46,817 nt of DNA from Candidatus Eiseniibacteriota bacterium (lineage in GTDB: Bacteria; Eisenbacteria; RBG-16-71-46), in assembly GCA_031364845.1 (NCBI GenBank), contig JANLWX010000176.1, forward strand, positions 1 to 46,817. Reading direction: 5' to 3'. A program made the translations under genes and the position numbers. The stretch's first letter is position 1. Every line of letters starts with the position of its first letter. Under the pieces are notes generated by a model, which was given only the letters and a program-made list of their open reading frames with translations, was not told the DNA's origin and made no database searches. Positions 21,538 to 29,876 of this stretch are shown here, one piece after another.

Positions 21538-23997
21538 TTATCGGGTCATCAGGAACCGGCGTACGAACGTCGCATCCCCCGCGCGGACGCGCGCGAAGAA
21601 CACTCCGGGACCGTGTCCGTTGCGGGACGGGTCCACGTGGATCGTGAACGAGCCAGCCGAAGCACTCTCACGATTCGTGAACAGCTCGCGCCCCTGGATG
21701 TCGAACACGCTCCAGTTCACTTCCGTGTCCCGCGGCAGCCGCAGCACGAACGAAACGCCATCGGCGCGTCCCGGATTCGGTGCCGCGTTCGAAAGCTCGA
21801 CCACCGTCGGGAGCGCGTCGGGTTCGACCGGCTGTTGTGCCGCGGTGCGAACCCGATCGGATTCCTCCGCGAGACTGTTCTGAACGTCGATTCGCGTCTT
21901 GACCGTAGTGCTGAGTGCGTTGCGTGCCGTGAAGAAGACATCGAACTTTGCCTTCTTCGTGGGAGTCCACGTCAACGTGCCTGACTTGTTGTCGGGGGCC
22001 GCGACAAAAGCTGCGTTCCCGCCGAGCTTCGACAAATCCGCCGTGAGTGACATGATCGCGTCTCCGTCCGGGTCACTTGCGGTCACATTCACAATCACGG
22101 CGGAATTCTTGGTGGCGCGCACTTCAGAGGGCGCCGTCAGCACCGGCGCGCGGCCCGGGATGTCGACCACGGTGATCAGCGACGTGGCCTGCCCCGTCAG
22201 CGCGTTGCTCGCGCGAAACACGACCGGATACGGCGCCGTGCGGCCGTCGGCGCGCGTCGTGGTCCACGTAAACGTTCCGGAAGAGGTGCCGTCGACGTAC
22301 ACGAACGACGCGCTGCTTCCGGATGGAAGAGCCGAGAGGTCGACCGTCATGTCCTCGATCGGATCGCCGTTGAAGTCGGAGGCGGTGACCTGGAACGTGA
22401 TCGTCGTCGCCTCGGTGGCCGAGCGCGTCGGCGGGGCGTTCACGGTCGGAGGTGAATCGGGCGGTATCGACTCGTAGAGGCCCGCGTCGCCGAAGGTGGG
22501 GAATCCGAAGCCCCCGTCTGCGACGAACGGGTTGTCGAGCCGTTTCTGTCCGATGAGGTCGGTGCTCGGCCAGCCGGGTATCGACGCGTCCGCGAGATCG
22601 ATCGCGGAAGATCCCCACTGAATGTGGAAGTCACCGGCCGCAGGGTTCACGAACATCGGATCGGCCTGCCGTGAACGCGTGTCCTTGCCGGTCGCGAGGC
22701 TGTAGGCAGCCACCGTGGCATAAGCGGGCACCGAGATGTACTTCACGACCGGCTGGGGCGTGGAGTTCCACAGCACGTTCGAGTTCGAGGTGAATCCCAC
22801 ACTCGATGCCGCATCGACCCACAGGTTGTATTCGTTGGCCGTGATCCCGTTGTCGGTCGAGATGCAGTTGAACAACTTCCCACCGGGAGAATTGCCCTCG
22901 AACGAGAACCCGTCCTTGAGGTTGTTCCAGGCAATGTCGCCGTAGTGGGCCGCGTTGTTGGAAGAGAGATGGTCGTAGCCATGATCGCCGTTGCTGTAGG
23001 ACACATTGTAGAGCGAGAGGTTGTCGTGCGAGCCCGATCCGTACTGCGCGCCGGTGTCCTGGTTGTGGTGCCAGCGGTTGGCGATGATGGTGTTTCCTGA
23101 GGATCCCGCCAGATTGAGACCATTGGCGGCGCGCGTCGCGACTCGCGCATTGCGAAACGATTCGTTCCACTCGACGCGCGTTCCCGTCGTTCCGGCGGTC
23201 AGCAGGATGCCGTGGTCGCCGTTCTCGAACACGACGTTGGAACCCACGTTGCAGTTCGAAGAACCGGTGATCGAAATGCCCTGGGTGAATGATTGCGTGA
23301 CCTGATTGGCGATCACCGCGACGTTGCTGGAAGCATTCAACACGTGAACGCCCTTGTCGCCGGCGCGATAGATCTGGAGCCCTTCGATCCGAACATAGGA
23401 ACGTCCGCTCACGCGGAATCCGTTGGCGCGATGTCCGACATACGTCTGGTGGGAACCCGGGTTGTCGCCCCCGAGATTCACGTAGAGCCCGCTGCCCAGA
23501 ACATGAACGAACGACTGCGGCGGGATCGATGCCGGATCGCCGGTGGCGGCGGTCAGGCGGACGCCGTCCACGAAGACCTGAGTAGGAACCCACGTCACGT
23601 CGCTCGCGAGGTGGACCGTTCCCACGAAGGGAGTCCAGCGCGGAGTTCCCGAATAGAGATCGGAGCCATCGATCACCGCACCCGGGCCTGAGGCCTTGAT
23701 CACATACGGGCTGCCGGCCAGACCGGAAGCCGCGACGGTGAGCTGCTCGCGGTAGATCCCGGGCTTCACGATGATCGTCGTTCCCGGACCGCCCTGGGCG
23801 GACGCCGCCGCATTGATCGTGCAGTACGGGTTGTCCACCGTCCCCGGGCCCGCAGGCGAGCAATTCGGATGATTGGCGTCGACATAAAAGGTTCCGACAG
23901 CGAAGGCAGGGCTGGCGGCCACGATGAGCGCAAGCGAGATGCCCGCACGCGCTGCATCCATGCCGCGTCGTGAGTTGATTCTAAAGAGCGGGTGCAT
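21538..23997 (-). CDS. Secreted right-handed parallel beta-helix (pectin lyase-like) protein with two Ig-like domains and T9SS-like tail
   Basis: Signal peptide ending AFA; FYVD...GT.DNPYCTI..A; N/G-rich PbH1 repeats; DPMFVNPAAGDFHI...S.AID; two 'VTASD.(N/D)GD.I...G..TWT' repeats; PNP...VFDIQGREL...GVFFARV tail. Confidence 0.85.
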   Translation of the reverse strand: MHPLFRINSRRGMDAARAGISLALIVAASPAFAVGTFYVDANHPNCSPAGPGTVDNPYCTINAAASAQGGPGTTIIVKPGIYREQLTVAASGLAGSPYVIKASGPGAVIDGSDLYSGTPRWTPFVGTVHLASDVTWVPTQVFVDGVRLTAATGDPASIPPQSFVHVLGSGLYVNLGGDNPGSHQTYVGHRANGFRVSGRSYVRIEGLQIYRAGDKGVHVLNASSNVAVIANQVTQSFTQGISITGSSNCNVGSNVVFENGDHGILLTAGTTGTRVEWNESFRNARVATRAANGLNLAGSSGNTIIANRWHHNQDTGAQYGSGSHDNLSLYNVSYSNGDHGYDHLSSNNAAHYGDIAWNNLKDGFSFEGNSPGGKLFNCISTDNGITANEYNLWVDAASSVGFTSNSNVLWNSTPQPVVKYISVPAYATVAAYSLATGKDTRSRQADPMFVNPAAGDFHIQWGSSAIDLADASIPGWPSTDLIGQKRLDNPFVADGGFGFPTFGDAGLYESIPPDSPPTVNAPPTRSATEATTITFQVTASDFNGDPIEDMTVDLSALPSGSSASFVYVDGTSSGTFTWTTTRADGRTAPYPVVFRASNALTGQATSLITVVDIPGRAPVLTAPSEVRATKNSAVIVNVTASDPDGDAIMSLTADLSKLGGNAAFVAAPDNKSGTLTWTPTKKAKFDVFFTARNALSTTVKTRIDVQNSLAEESDRVRTAAQQPVEPDALPTVVELSNAAPNPGRADGVSFVLRLPRDTEVNWSVFDIQGRELFTNRESASAGSFTIHVDPSRNGHGPGVFFARVRAGDATFVRRFLMTR

Positions 23998-24159
23998 GAG
24001 GCTCCAGTGGGCTGTAAGGGTCGAATCCGCTTCCCATCAACAACTTAGGGCATTCGTGCAAAACACCATCTCGAGACCGGCATCCCTTTGCCGGGCTCCC
24101 GGGGGTATCGGGGGCCGCACGTCGCTATGAGGCAATCACAACAAGCGTATCATGCGAAT

Positions 24160-24175
24160 TGCAATAGGCGGGCCA
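24160..24175 (-). promoter_or_regulatory. Putative sigma54 promoter of the beta-helix gene
   Basis: Minus strand TGGCCCGCCTATTGCA, one mismatch to TGGCACG-N4-TTGCW, in an AT-enriched intergenic region. Confidence 0.65.
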
Positions 24176-24337
24176 CGGATTCTTCATATTGCACCGTCCG
24201 GGATGCGCATTGATTACCAAGACGTTGTCGCCGACACCTCACCCAAGTACTCATGCGTGGTGAGTGCGGGCAGGATCGGCTGGCTAAAATGTGTCGTCTG
24301 CGCCTGACACTTCACGGCCCACCGCGCCCGCGGCATC

Positions 24338-24352
24338 TGGTAGCATTCCGCC
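24338..24352 (+). promoter_or_regulatory. Extended -10 promoter element, probably leaderless transcript
   Basis: TG-G-TAGCAT followed by 6 nt and then ATG 24353; no SD sequence. Confidence 0.5.
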
Positions 24353-25681
24353 ATGAAAAATCTCCTGTTCGGGATCCTGTCCCTCATCGCTCTGGCTCCG
24401 GCAGCCGCCGGAGCTCCGTCCGCCCCCGCCAAGTCCGTGCTGCCATTCATTTCCGACGACTACACGAAGGCCCTCGCTCAGGCCCGGGCGCGCAAGCTGC
24501 CGCTCTTCATCGAGGCATGGGCACCCTGGTGACACACGTGCCGGTCGATGAAGGCGTTCGTGTTCACGGACCCTTCCATCGCGCGGCACGCCGGGCGGTT
24601 CGTCTGGCTCGAAATCGACACTGAAAAAGCGAAGAACGCCACGTTCCGCCGCCAGTTTCCAGTACAGGCGCTTCCGACGTTCTTCATCGTGGATCCGCTC
24701 GACGAACAGGTCGCGATCCGTTGGGTCGGCGGGATGAACCTGGGCCAGCTCGACCGGCTGCTGACCGGAGATCCGCTGGCGGCGAAGCGACGCGGTCGCG
24801 GAATCGACGCACGGCTGGCTCATGCCGACAGCGTCTACGGAACCGGCGACAACGCCGCCGCGGCGACCGCGTATCAGGCGGTGCTGGACGAGGCGCCGGA
24901 GAACTGGCCGGGCTACGCGCGAACCGTCGAGGCGTTGCTCTATGCCCTCTCCCAGACCGACGCGCCGGAGAAATGTGTGGCGATCGCCGCTCAGGCCCTG
25001 CCCCGCCTCAAAGGCCAGCCGGCATCGGGAAGTGCCGCGGCTTACGGGCTCGATTGCGCGATCAGTCTTCCAGCCACGCACCCTGATCGCGGCCGCAGGA
25101 TCACCGAGTTCGAACTCGCGGCCCGCGAGGTGCTGGCCGACACGACGCTCGAGATCGCTGCCGACGATCGCTCGGGGCTCTACATTGCGCTGCTCGGAGC
25201 ACGCTCCGATGCCCGCGACTCGATCGGGAGTCGCGCGCTCGCGCGCGAGTGGGCGTCATTCCTCGAGCGCGAGGCCGCGCGCGCGCGCACGCCCGACCAG
25301 CGCGCCGTGTTCGACCCGCATCGGCTGTCCGCCTATCTCGAGATCGGCGAGCCCGAGCGCGCGATTCCGATGCTCGAACAGACGCAACGCGACTTCCCCG
25401 CCGACTACAACCCGCCCGCGCGGCTCGCGGTCGCCTATCAAGGGCTCAAGCGGTGGCCGGAGGCGCTCGCCGCCTCGGACTCGGCCATGGCCCGCGCGTA
25501 CGGTCCGCGCAAGCTGCGGATCTACGACGTTCGCATCGACATTCAGGCCGCGGCCCTCGACTCGACCGTAGCGAAGCGAACGCTCGAGGAGGCGATCCAG
25601 TATGCCGAGGCGCTTCCGGCTGGGCAGCGTTCCGAATCGACGATCGCATCCTTCCGAAAGAAACTCGCCCGCTTCCGCTGA
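24353..25681 (+). CDS. Exported thioredoxin-fold + TPR-like protein with in-frame TGA at the UxxC active site (candidate selenoprotein, 442 aa)
   Basis: Manual translation: MKNLLFGILSLIALAPAAAGA...LPFISDDYTKALAQARARKLPLFIEAWAPW-(TGA 24530-24532)-HTCRSMKAFVF..., in frame with ORF 24548..25681; cis-Pro motif ALPTFF; helical TPR-like C-terminal part. Confidence 0.85.
24537..24590 (+). promoter_or_regulatory. SECIS-like hairpin directly downstream of the in-frame TGA
   Basis: CGTGCCG/CGGCACG, CGATG/CATCG, AAGG/CCTT and GTTCGT/ACGGAC stems with a GUUC apical loop 29 nt after the UGA. Confidence 0.6.
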
Positions 25682-25707
25682 GCCGGAGCGGGACGCGATC
25701 CGGCTCA
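25679..25707. terminator. Hairpin between convergent genes
   Basis: TGAGCCGGA/TCCGGCTCA inverted repeat containing both stop codons; no U-tract. Confidence 0.4.
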
Positions 25708-26235
25708 GGCGGGCAATTGCATCAACGCCGTGACCGGATGGCCTGCGAGCGCCTCGCGGCCACCGAGTCCGGTCAATTCGATCACGAACAGGATGGCCGC
25801 GACCCGTGCCCCGAGCCGCGTGACGAGACGCGCCGCTGCCGCCGCGGTGCCGCCGGTCGCGAGCAGATCGTCGACGATCACGACGCTCGACCCGGCCACC
25901 ACACCATCGGTGTGGAGTTCGAGTGAATCGTCTCCGTACTCGAGCGAGTACGTTTCGCGCAGCGTCCGCCACGGGAGCTTTCCGAACTTGCGCGCGGGCA
26001 CGAACGGTACCTTCCGGCGCAACGCGAGTCCCGCCCCGAACACGAAGCCGCGGGATTCGATCGCGACCACCGCATCCGCCGCCGGACACGCGGCGGCGAG
26101 CAGGTCGATGGAGTCGGCGAACGCCGCGGGGCTCTGCAGCAGCGGCGTGATGTCGCGGAACAGGATGCCGGGCTTGGGGAAGTCGGGAACGTCGCGGATG
26201 TAGTTCCGCAGATCGAGATTCGCGCTGTCGTTCAT
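25705..26235 (-). CDS. apt: Adenine phosphoribosyltransferase
   Basis: IRDVPDFPKPGILFRDITPLL, ESRGF, RK.GKLP, YSLEYG, IVDDLLATGGT. Confidence 0.97.
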   Translation of the reverse strand: MNDSANLDLRNYIRDVPDFPKPGILFRDITPLLQSPAAFADSIDLLAAACPAADAVVAIESRGFVFGAGLALRRKVPFVPARKFGKLPWRTLRETYSLEYGDDSLELHTDGVVAGSSVVIVDDLLATGGTAAAAARLVTRLGARVAAILFVIELTGLGGREALAGHPVTALMQLPA

Positions 26236-26252
26236 GGGTCGGCCCTCCGTGC

Positions 26253-27323
26253 TCAGGCGGCGGTCGAGTCGCGGAACGTGTGGAGCTCGAGCGCGTGACG
26301 CAGCTTGGCGAGCGCGCGCGATTCGATCTGCCGCACGCGTTCGCGCGTGATGCCGAAGTGTTCACCGGTCTCCGCGAGCGTGCGCGAGATTCCGTCGTGG
26401 AATCCGTAGCGGATGCGCAGGATCTGTTCTTCGCGCTGCGCAAGTGAACGCAGCAGCCGGTCGATCTTCTCGTGCTGCAACTGCAGTTCGACGAGCTGCT
26501 CGACCGACATCGGAGCTTCGCCGAGATCCTCGGCGCTCAGTTCGTCGAACGCCTCGATGCCCGAACCTTCGTCGAGCGAACGCAGTCCACGCACGAGCCC
26601 CGCGAGGCGTCCGGCGCGCGGTGTCGAGATGGCGAGTTCCTGCGCGATATCCTCGAGCGTCGGATCGCCGGCGAGCCGCGAGCGCAGCGTGCGTTCGGCG
26701 AGCACGAAGCGGTTCACCTGCTGGAACATCTGGACCGGAACGCGCACCGAGCGCGACTGCTCGGCGATTCCGCGCAGCATCGACTGCCGGACCCAGATCG
26801 CGGCGTAGGTGCTGAAGCGCAGGCCGCGCTCCGGCTCGAATCCGTCCACCGCGTGGATCAGGCCCAGATTGCCTTCCTCGATCAGATCGAGCAGCGGCAG
26901 TCCGCGATTGCGGTACTTGCGCGACAGGTAGACCACGAGCCGCAGGTTGGCGAGGATCATCGTGCGGCGTGCCGGCTCCTCGCCACGACGTGAGCGATGT
27001 GCGAGCTCGATCAGTTCCGGGTGCGTGAGCAACGGGATGCGCCCGATCTCATCGAGGTAGAAGCCGAGCAGATCGCGCTCGGCGCCACCGCCGGTTCCGG
27101 TGAACGCGGCGACCGGTTCGAGGGTTTCGGGATTCTCTTCAGGCAGAGCGACGGAGGCGGCCGCCGCGTCCGCGCGAAAGCCCTCGAATTGGGCTTCGTC
27201 GAAGGCCGGATCGAGAAGCAGGGACTCGTAGTCGCCCGGTTCCACGCTACCCTGCGCCACCCCGCGCGCGAGGACTTCGTCGAGGCGCTCACGGAACGTC
27301 AGCAGGCGCGGCAGCAGGCTCAT
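26253..27323 (-). CDS. Group 2 sigma70 factor, RpoS-like
   Basis: YLDEIGRIPLLT (1.2), ANLRLVV, DLIEEGNLGLIHAV..F...RG.RFSTYA (2), ITRERVRQIE..AL.KLR (4.2). Short, no region 1.1; surE-pcm context. ATGA overlap with acyP. Confidence 0.9.
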   Translation of the reverse strand: MSLLPRLLTFRERLDEVLARGVAQGSVEPGDYESLLLDPAFDEAQFEGFRADAAAASVALPEENPETLEPVAAFTGTGGGAERDLLGFYLDEIGRIPLLTHPELIELAHRSRRGEEPARRTMILANLRLVVYLSRKYRNRGLPLLDLIEEGNLGLIHAVDGFEPERGLRFSTYAAIWVRQSMLRGIAEQSRSVRVPVQMFQQVNRFVLAERTLRSRLAGDPTLEDIAQELAISTPRAGRLAGLVRGLRSLDEGSGIEAFDELSAEDLGEAPMSVEQLVELQLQHEKIDRLLRSLAQREEQILRIRYGFHDGISRTLAETGEHFGITRERVRQIESRALAKLRHALELHTFRDSTAA

Positions 27324-27592
27324 CCGGTGATCTCGAAGGCGCCGAAGCGTGGCGGTCCTTCGCTCCATTCCTCGTGGACTTCGGTCACGCGTGCATTGCG
27401 GGGACCAGTACGGGCGATCGCGAGCAGTTTCTGCAAGGCCGGTTCCGATCCTTCGGCTTCGACCTCAACCGCGCCGTCAGAGAGATTGCGCACGCGGCCG
27501 AGAAGGTCGAGTGCACGCGCTTCGACACGGACGAAGTACCGGAAGCCGACACCCTGGACGCGTCCGCGGATGATCATGCGGAGCCGGTCCAT
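27320..27592 (-). CDS. acyP: Acylphosphatase
   Basis: GRVQGVGFR, G.VRNLSDG.VEVEAEG, GP..ARV. Confidence 0.95.
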   Translation of the reverse strand: MDRLRMIIRGRVQGVGFRYFVRVEARALDLLGRVRNLSDGAVEVEAEGSEPALQKLLAIARTGPRNARVTEVHEEWSEGPPRFGAFEITG

Positions 27593-27604
27593 GCTCAAAT
27601 GAAA

Positions 27605-27631
27605 TCGGGCGACTGAACTGCCGTCGCCCGA
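27605..27631 (-). terminator. Hairpin/terminator downstream of tRNA-Pro(CGG)
   Basis: TCGGGCGAC/GTCGCCCGA 9-bp stem, then TTTCATTT on the minus strand. Confidence 0.65.
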
Positions 27632-27637
27632 AGAAAA

Positions 27638-27714
<77 letters not shown>

Positions 27715-27719
27715 ACGCA

Positions 27720-28400
27720 TTACGTTGTTTCGTCCCGCCACGCATCCCGCCCCACGAGCGGTACGAAGCGGCACTCCCCGAACTGCCGGCTCTGCCAGTC
27801 ACCACCGGTCGAGCGCGTCCACACTTCGAGCTGCTGAAGCTCGGCGCTCCCCACAGGGATCACGAGAAAACCCCGCTCCCCCAACTGCACACGTAGAGCG
27901 TCGGGAACGCGGGGTGCCGCAGCGGCGACGAGGACCCTAGCATAGGGTGCAAACTCCTGCCAACCGAGGCTGCCGTCGCCATGGCGCAGCGCGACATTCG
28001 TGGCGCCGAACTCCGTGAGCCGCTTCTGCGCATCGCGCAGAAGGGACGCGACACGCTCGACCGAGAACACGCGCTCCACCAATTGCGACAGCAACAGGGT
28101 CTGGTATCCGCTGCCGGTTCCGATCTCGAGCACGCGCTGATCCGGTTGGAGCTGTGCGAGTTCGAGCATGCGCGCGACGATGTACGGCTGCGAGATCGTC
28201 TGCCCCTGCCCGGTCGGCAGCGCGTGATCTCCGTACGCCCGCGAAACGAATGCCGGATCGACGAACGCATGGCGAGGAACATTCGCCATCGCCGACAACA
28301 CGCGCGGATCACGGATGCCGCGCGCGACCAGCTGGTCTTCGACCATGCGGCGGCGCGCGGTGGCGTAGGCGTCGTGCGCGGCTTCGCGGCTCACGGTCAT
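27720..28400 (-). CDS. pcm: Protein-L-isoaspartate O-methyltransferase
   Basis: VPRHAFV, AYGDHALP..GQTISQPYIVA, VLEIGTGSGYQ, GDGSLGW, RFVPLVG. TGATG overlap with surE. Confidence 0.96.
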   Translation of the reverse strand: MTVSREAAHDAYATARRRMVEDQLVARGIRDPRVLSAMANVPRHAFVDPAFVSRAYGDHALPTGQGQTISQPYIVARMLELAQLQPDQRVLEIGTGSGYQTLLLSQLVERVFSVERVASLLRDAQKRLTEFGATNVALRHGDGSLGWQEFAPYARVLVAAAAPRVPDALRVQLGERGFLVIPVGSAELQQLEVWTRSTGGDWQSRQFGECRFVPLVGRDAWRDETT

Positions 28401-29146
28401 CACGCGTCGAGCGCCCACGACTGCATCGTGTCGACTGCGGCTGTGTCGGTGAGATCGAGCCGCATCGGCGTGACCGAGATCCATCCCGAGTGGACGGCGC
28501 TGAAGTCGCTACCCTCGAGCGGTTCCCACACCGGATCCTCCCCGCCGATCCAGTAGTAGTCGCGGCCGCGCGGGTCCACCTTCTTGATCAGCGTGTCCTG
28601 ATAGCGGCGGCTGCCGAGCCGCGTCACCTGAACCCCCTGGATCTCCGACCATGGCCGATGCGGGAAGTTCACGTTCAGCAACTGGCGGCGCGGCAGTCCG
28701 TGTTCCATCACCCGACGCGCAAGTCTCGCGACGAAGCGGGCGGGTTCGATGAAGTCGCTGAGCTCGCGGGTCGCGAGGGAGGCGGCGATGGCGGGCACAC
28801 CCTGGAGCGTGCCCTCGATCGCGGCGGCGACGGTGCCCGAGTAGAACACGTCCTCCCCCATGTTCGGACCGTGGTTGATGCCCGAGACCACCATGTCGGG
28901 CTTCTCGTCGAGCAGTCCGTAGAACGCCGTGACGATGCAGTCGGTCGGCGTGCCGTCCACGCTGTAGACGTCGGGCTCGTGCCGGTGGATGCGAAACGGG
29001 CGATGCAGCGTGAGCGAATGGGACGTCGCGCTCTGATCGCGATCCGGTGCCACGATCACGACCCTGCCGAGCGTCGCGAGTTCGGTCTGCAGACGGCGCA
29101 GTGCGGGTGCCGCGATGCCGTCGTCGTTGGAGACCAGGATCAACAT
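28400..29146 (-). CDS. surE: 5'/3'-nucleotidase SurE
   Basis: ILVSNDDGI, VAPD..QSA.SH, GTPTDC, SGINHGPN.G.DVFYSGTVAAA.EG. Confidence 0.97.
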   Translation of the reverse strand: MLILVSNDDGIAAPALRRLQTELATLGRVVIVAPDRDQSATSHSLTLHRPFRIHRHEPDVYSVDGTPTDCIVTAFYGLLDEKPDMVVSGINHGPNMGEDVFYSGTVAAAIEGTLQGVPAIAASLATRELSDFIEPARFVARLARRVMEHGLPRRQLLNVNFPHRPWSEIQGVQVTRLGSRRYQDTLIKKVDPRGRDYYWIGGEDPVWEPLEGSDFSAVHSGWISVTPMRLDLTDTAAVDTMQSWALDA

Positions 29147-29159
29147 CGGACGATGCTCC

Positions 29160-29876
29160 TCATGGTGCGCGCCGTGCCGTGCGAGGGGTGGCCGCGCGCA
29201 TCGCGGCCGGCGGAACGATGCCTTCGAGTGTGAGGCGCGCCATGGTGCCGACGATACGCGGCACGTCGCGGAACGCGTGGATCTGACTCTTCTCCTCGCC
29301 GTAGACGGTCGGGATCTCGACTTCGGCGATCACGAACCCGAGCCGCGAAGCGCGCACGATCGCCTCGGTCTCGACTTCGTAGCGCCCCGGAGTGATCGGC
29401 GTCGAGCGCAACAGGTCGCGTCCGTAGTAGCGGTATCCGCACTGGCTGTCGGTGACGCGCTGTCCGGCGAGCCATGCGGTCCAGCCGGACGAGAACCCGT
29501 TCGCAAACCGCCGTGCGGGCGGCATCGACGCATTGCGGGAGCGGGTGCCGAGCACGAGATCGGCTCCCGCTTCGGCGGCGCGCGCGAACGCCGGAAAACA
29601 CTCGGGCGGATGCTGGCCGTCGGCGTCGAGCGACACCACGCCGTCGTAATCCGCGAGCAGTTCGAAGCCGGCGAGCAGTGCGTTGCCCTTGCCGCGGTTC
29701 GCGGCGAATACGTGCGTGCGCGCCCCGAACTCGCGGGCGACTTCGGCGGTCGCATCGCGTGAGCCGTCGTCGACCACCAGCACATCGGGCGCGGGATCCA
29801 GCGCCTGCAGCCGCTGCAGGACTTCCCCGAGGTGGGCCGCGGCCTGGTACGCGGGAATCAGCGCGGCAATCCTCAT
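29160..29876 (-). CDS. Glycosyltransferase family 2 (DPM1-like)
   Basis: LIPAYQ, VVDDGSRD.T, NRGKG.AL, LDADGQH, DSQCGYR. ATGA overlap with the upstream acyltransferase. Confidence 0.92.
   Translation of the reverse strand: MRIAALIPAYQAAAHLGEVLQRLQALDPAPDVLVVDDGSRDATAEVAREFGARTHVFAANRGKGNALLAGFELLADYDGVVSLDADGQHPPECFPAFARAAEAGADLVLGTRSRNASMPPARRFANGFSSGWTAWLAGQRVTDSQCGYRYYGRDLLRSTPITPGRYEVETEAIVRASRLGFVIAEVEIPTVYGEEKSQIHAFRDVPRIVGTMARLTLEGIVPPAAMRAATPRTARRAP

Noticed and set aside
24548..25681. ORF-track start at 24548
   Set aside because: It would remove the signal peptide and the redox motif; the upstream in-frame sequence is clearly thioredoxin-like.
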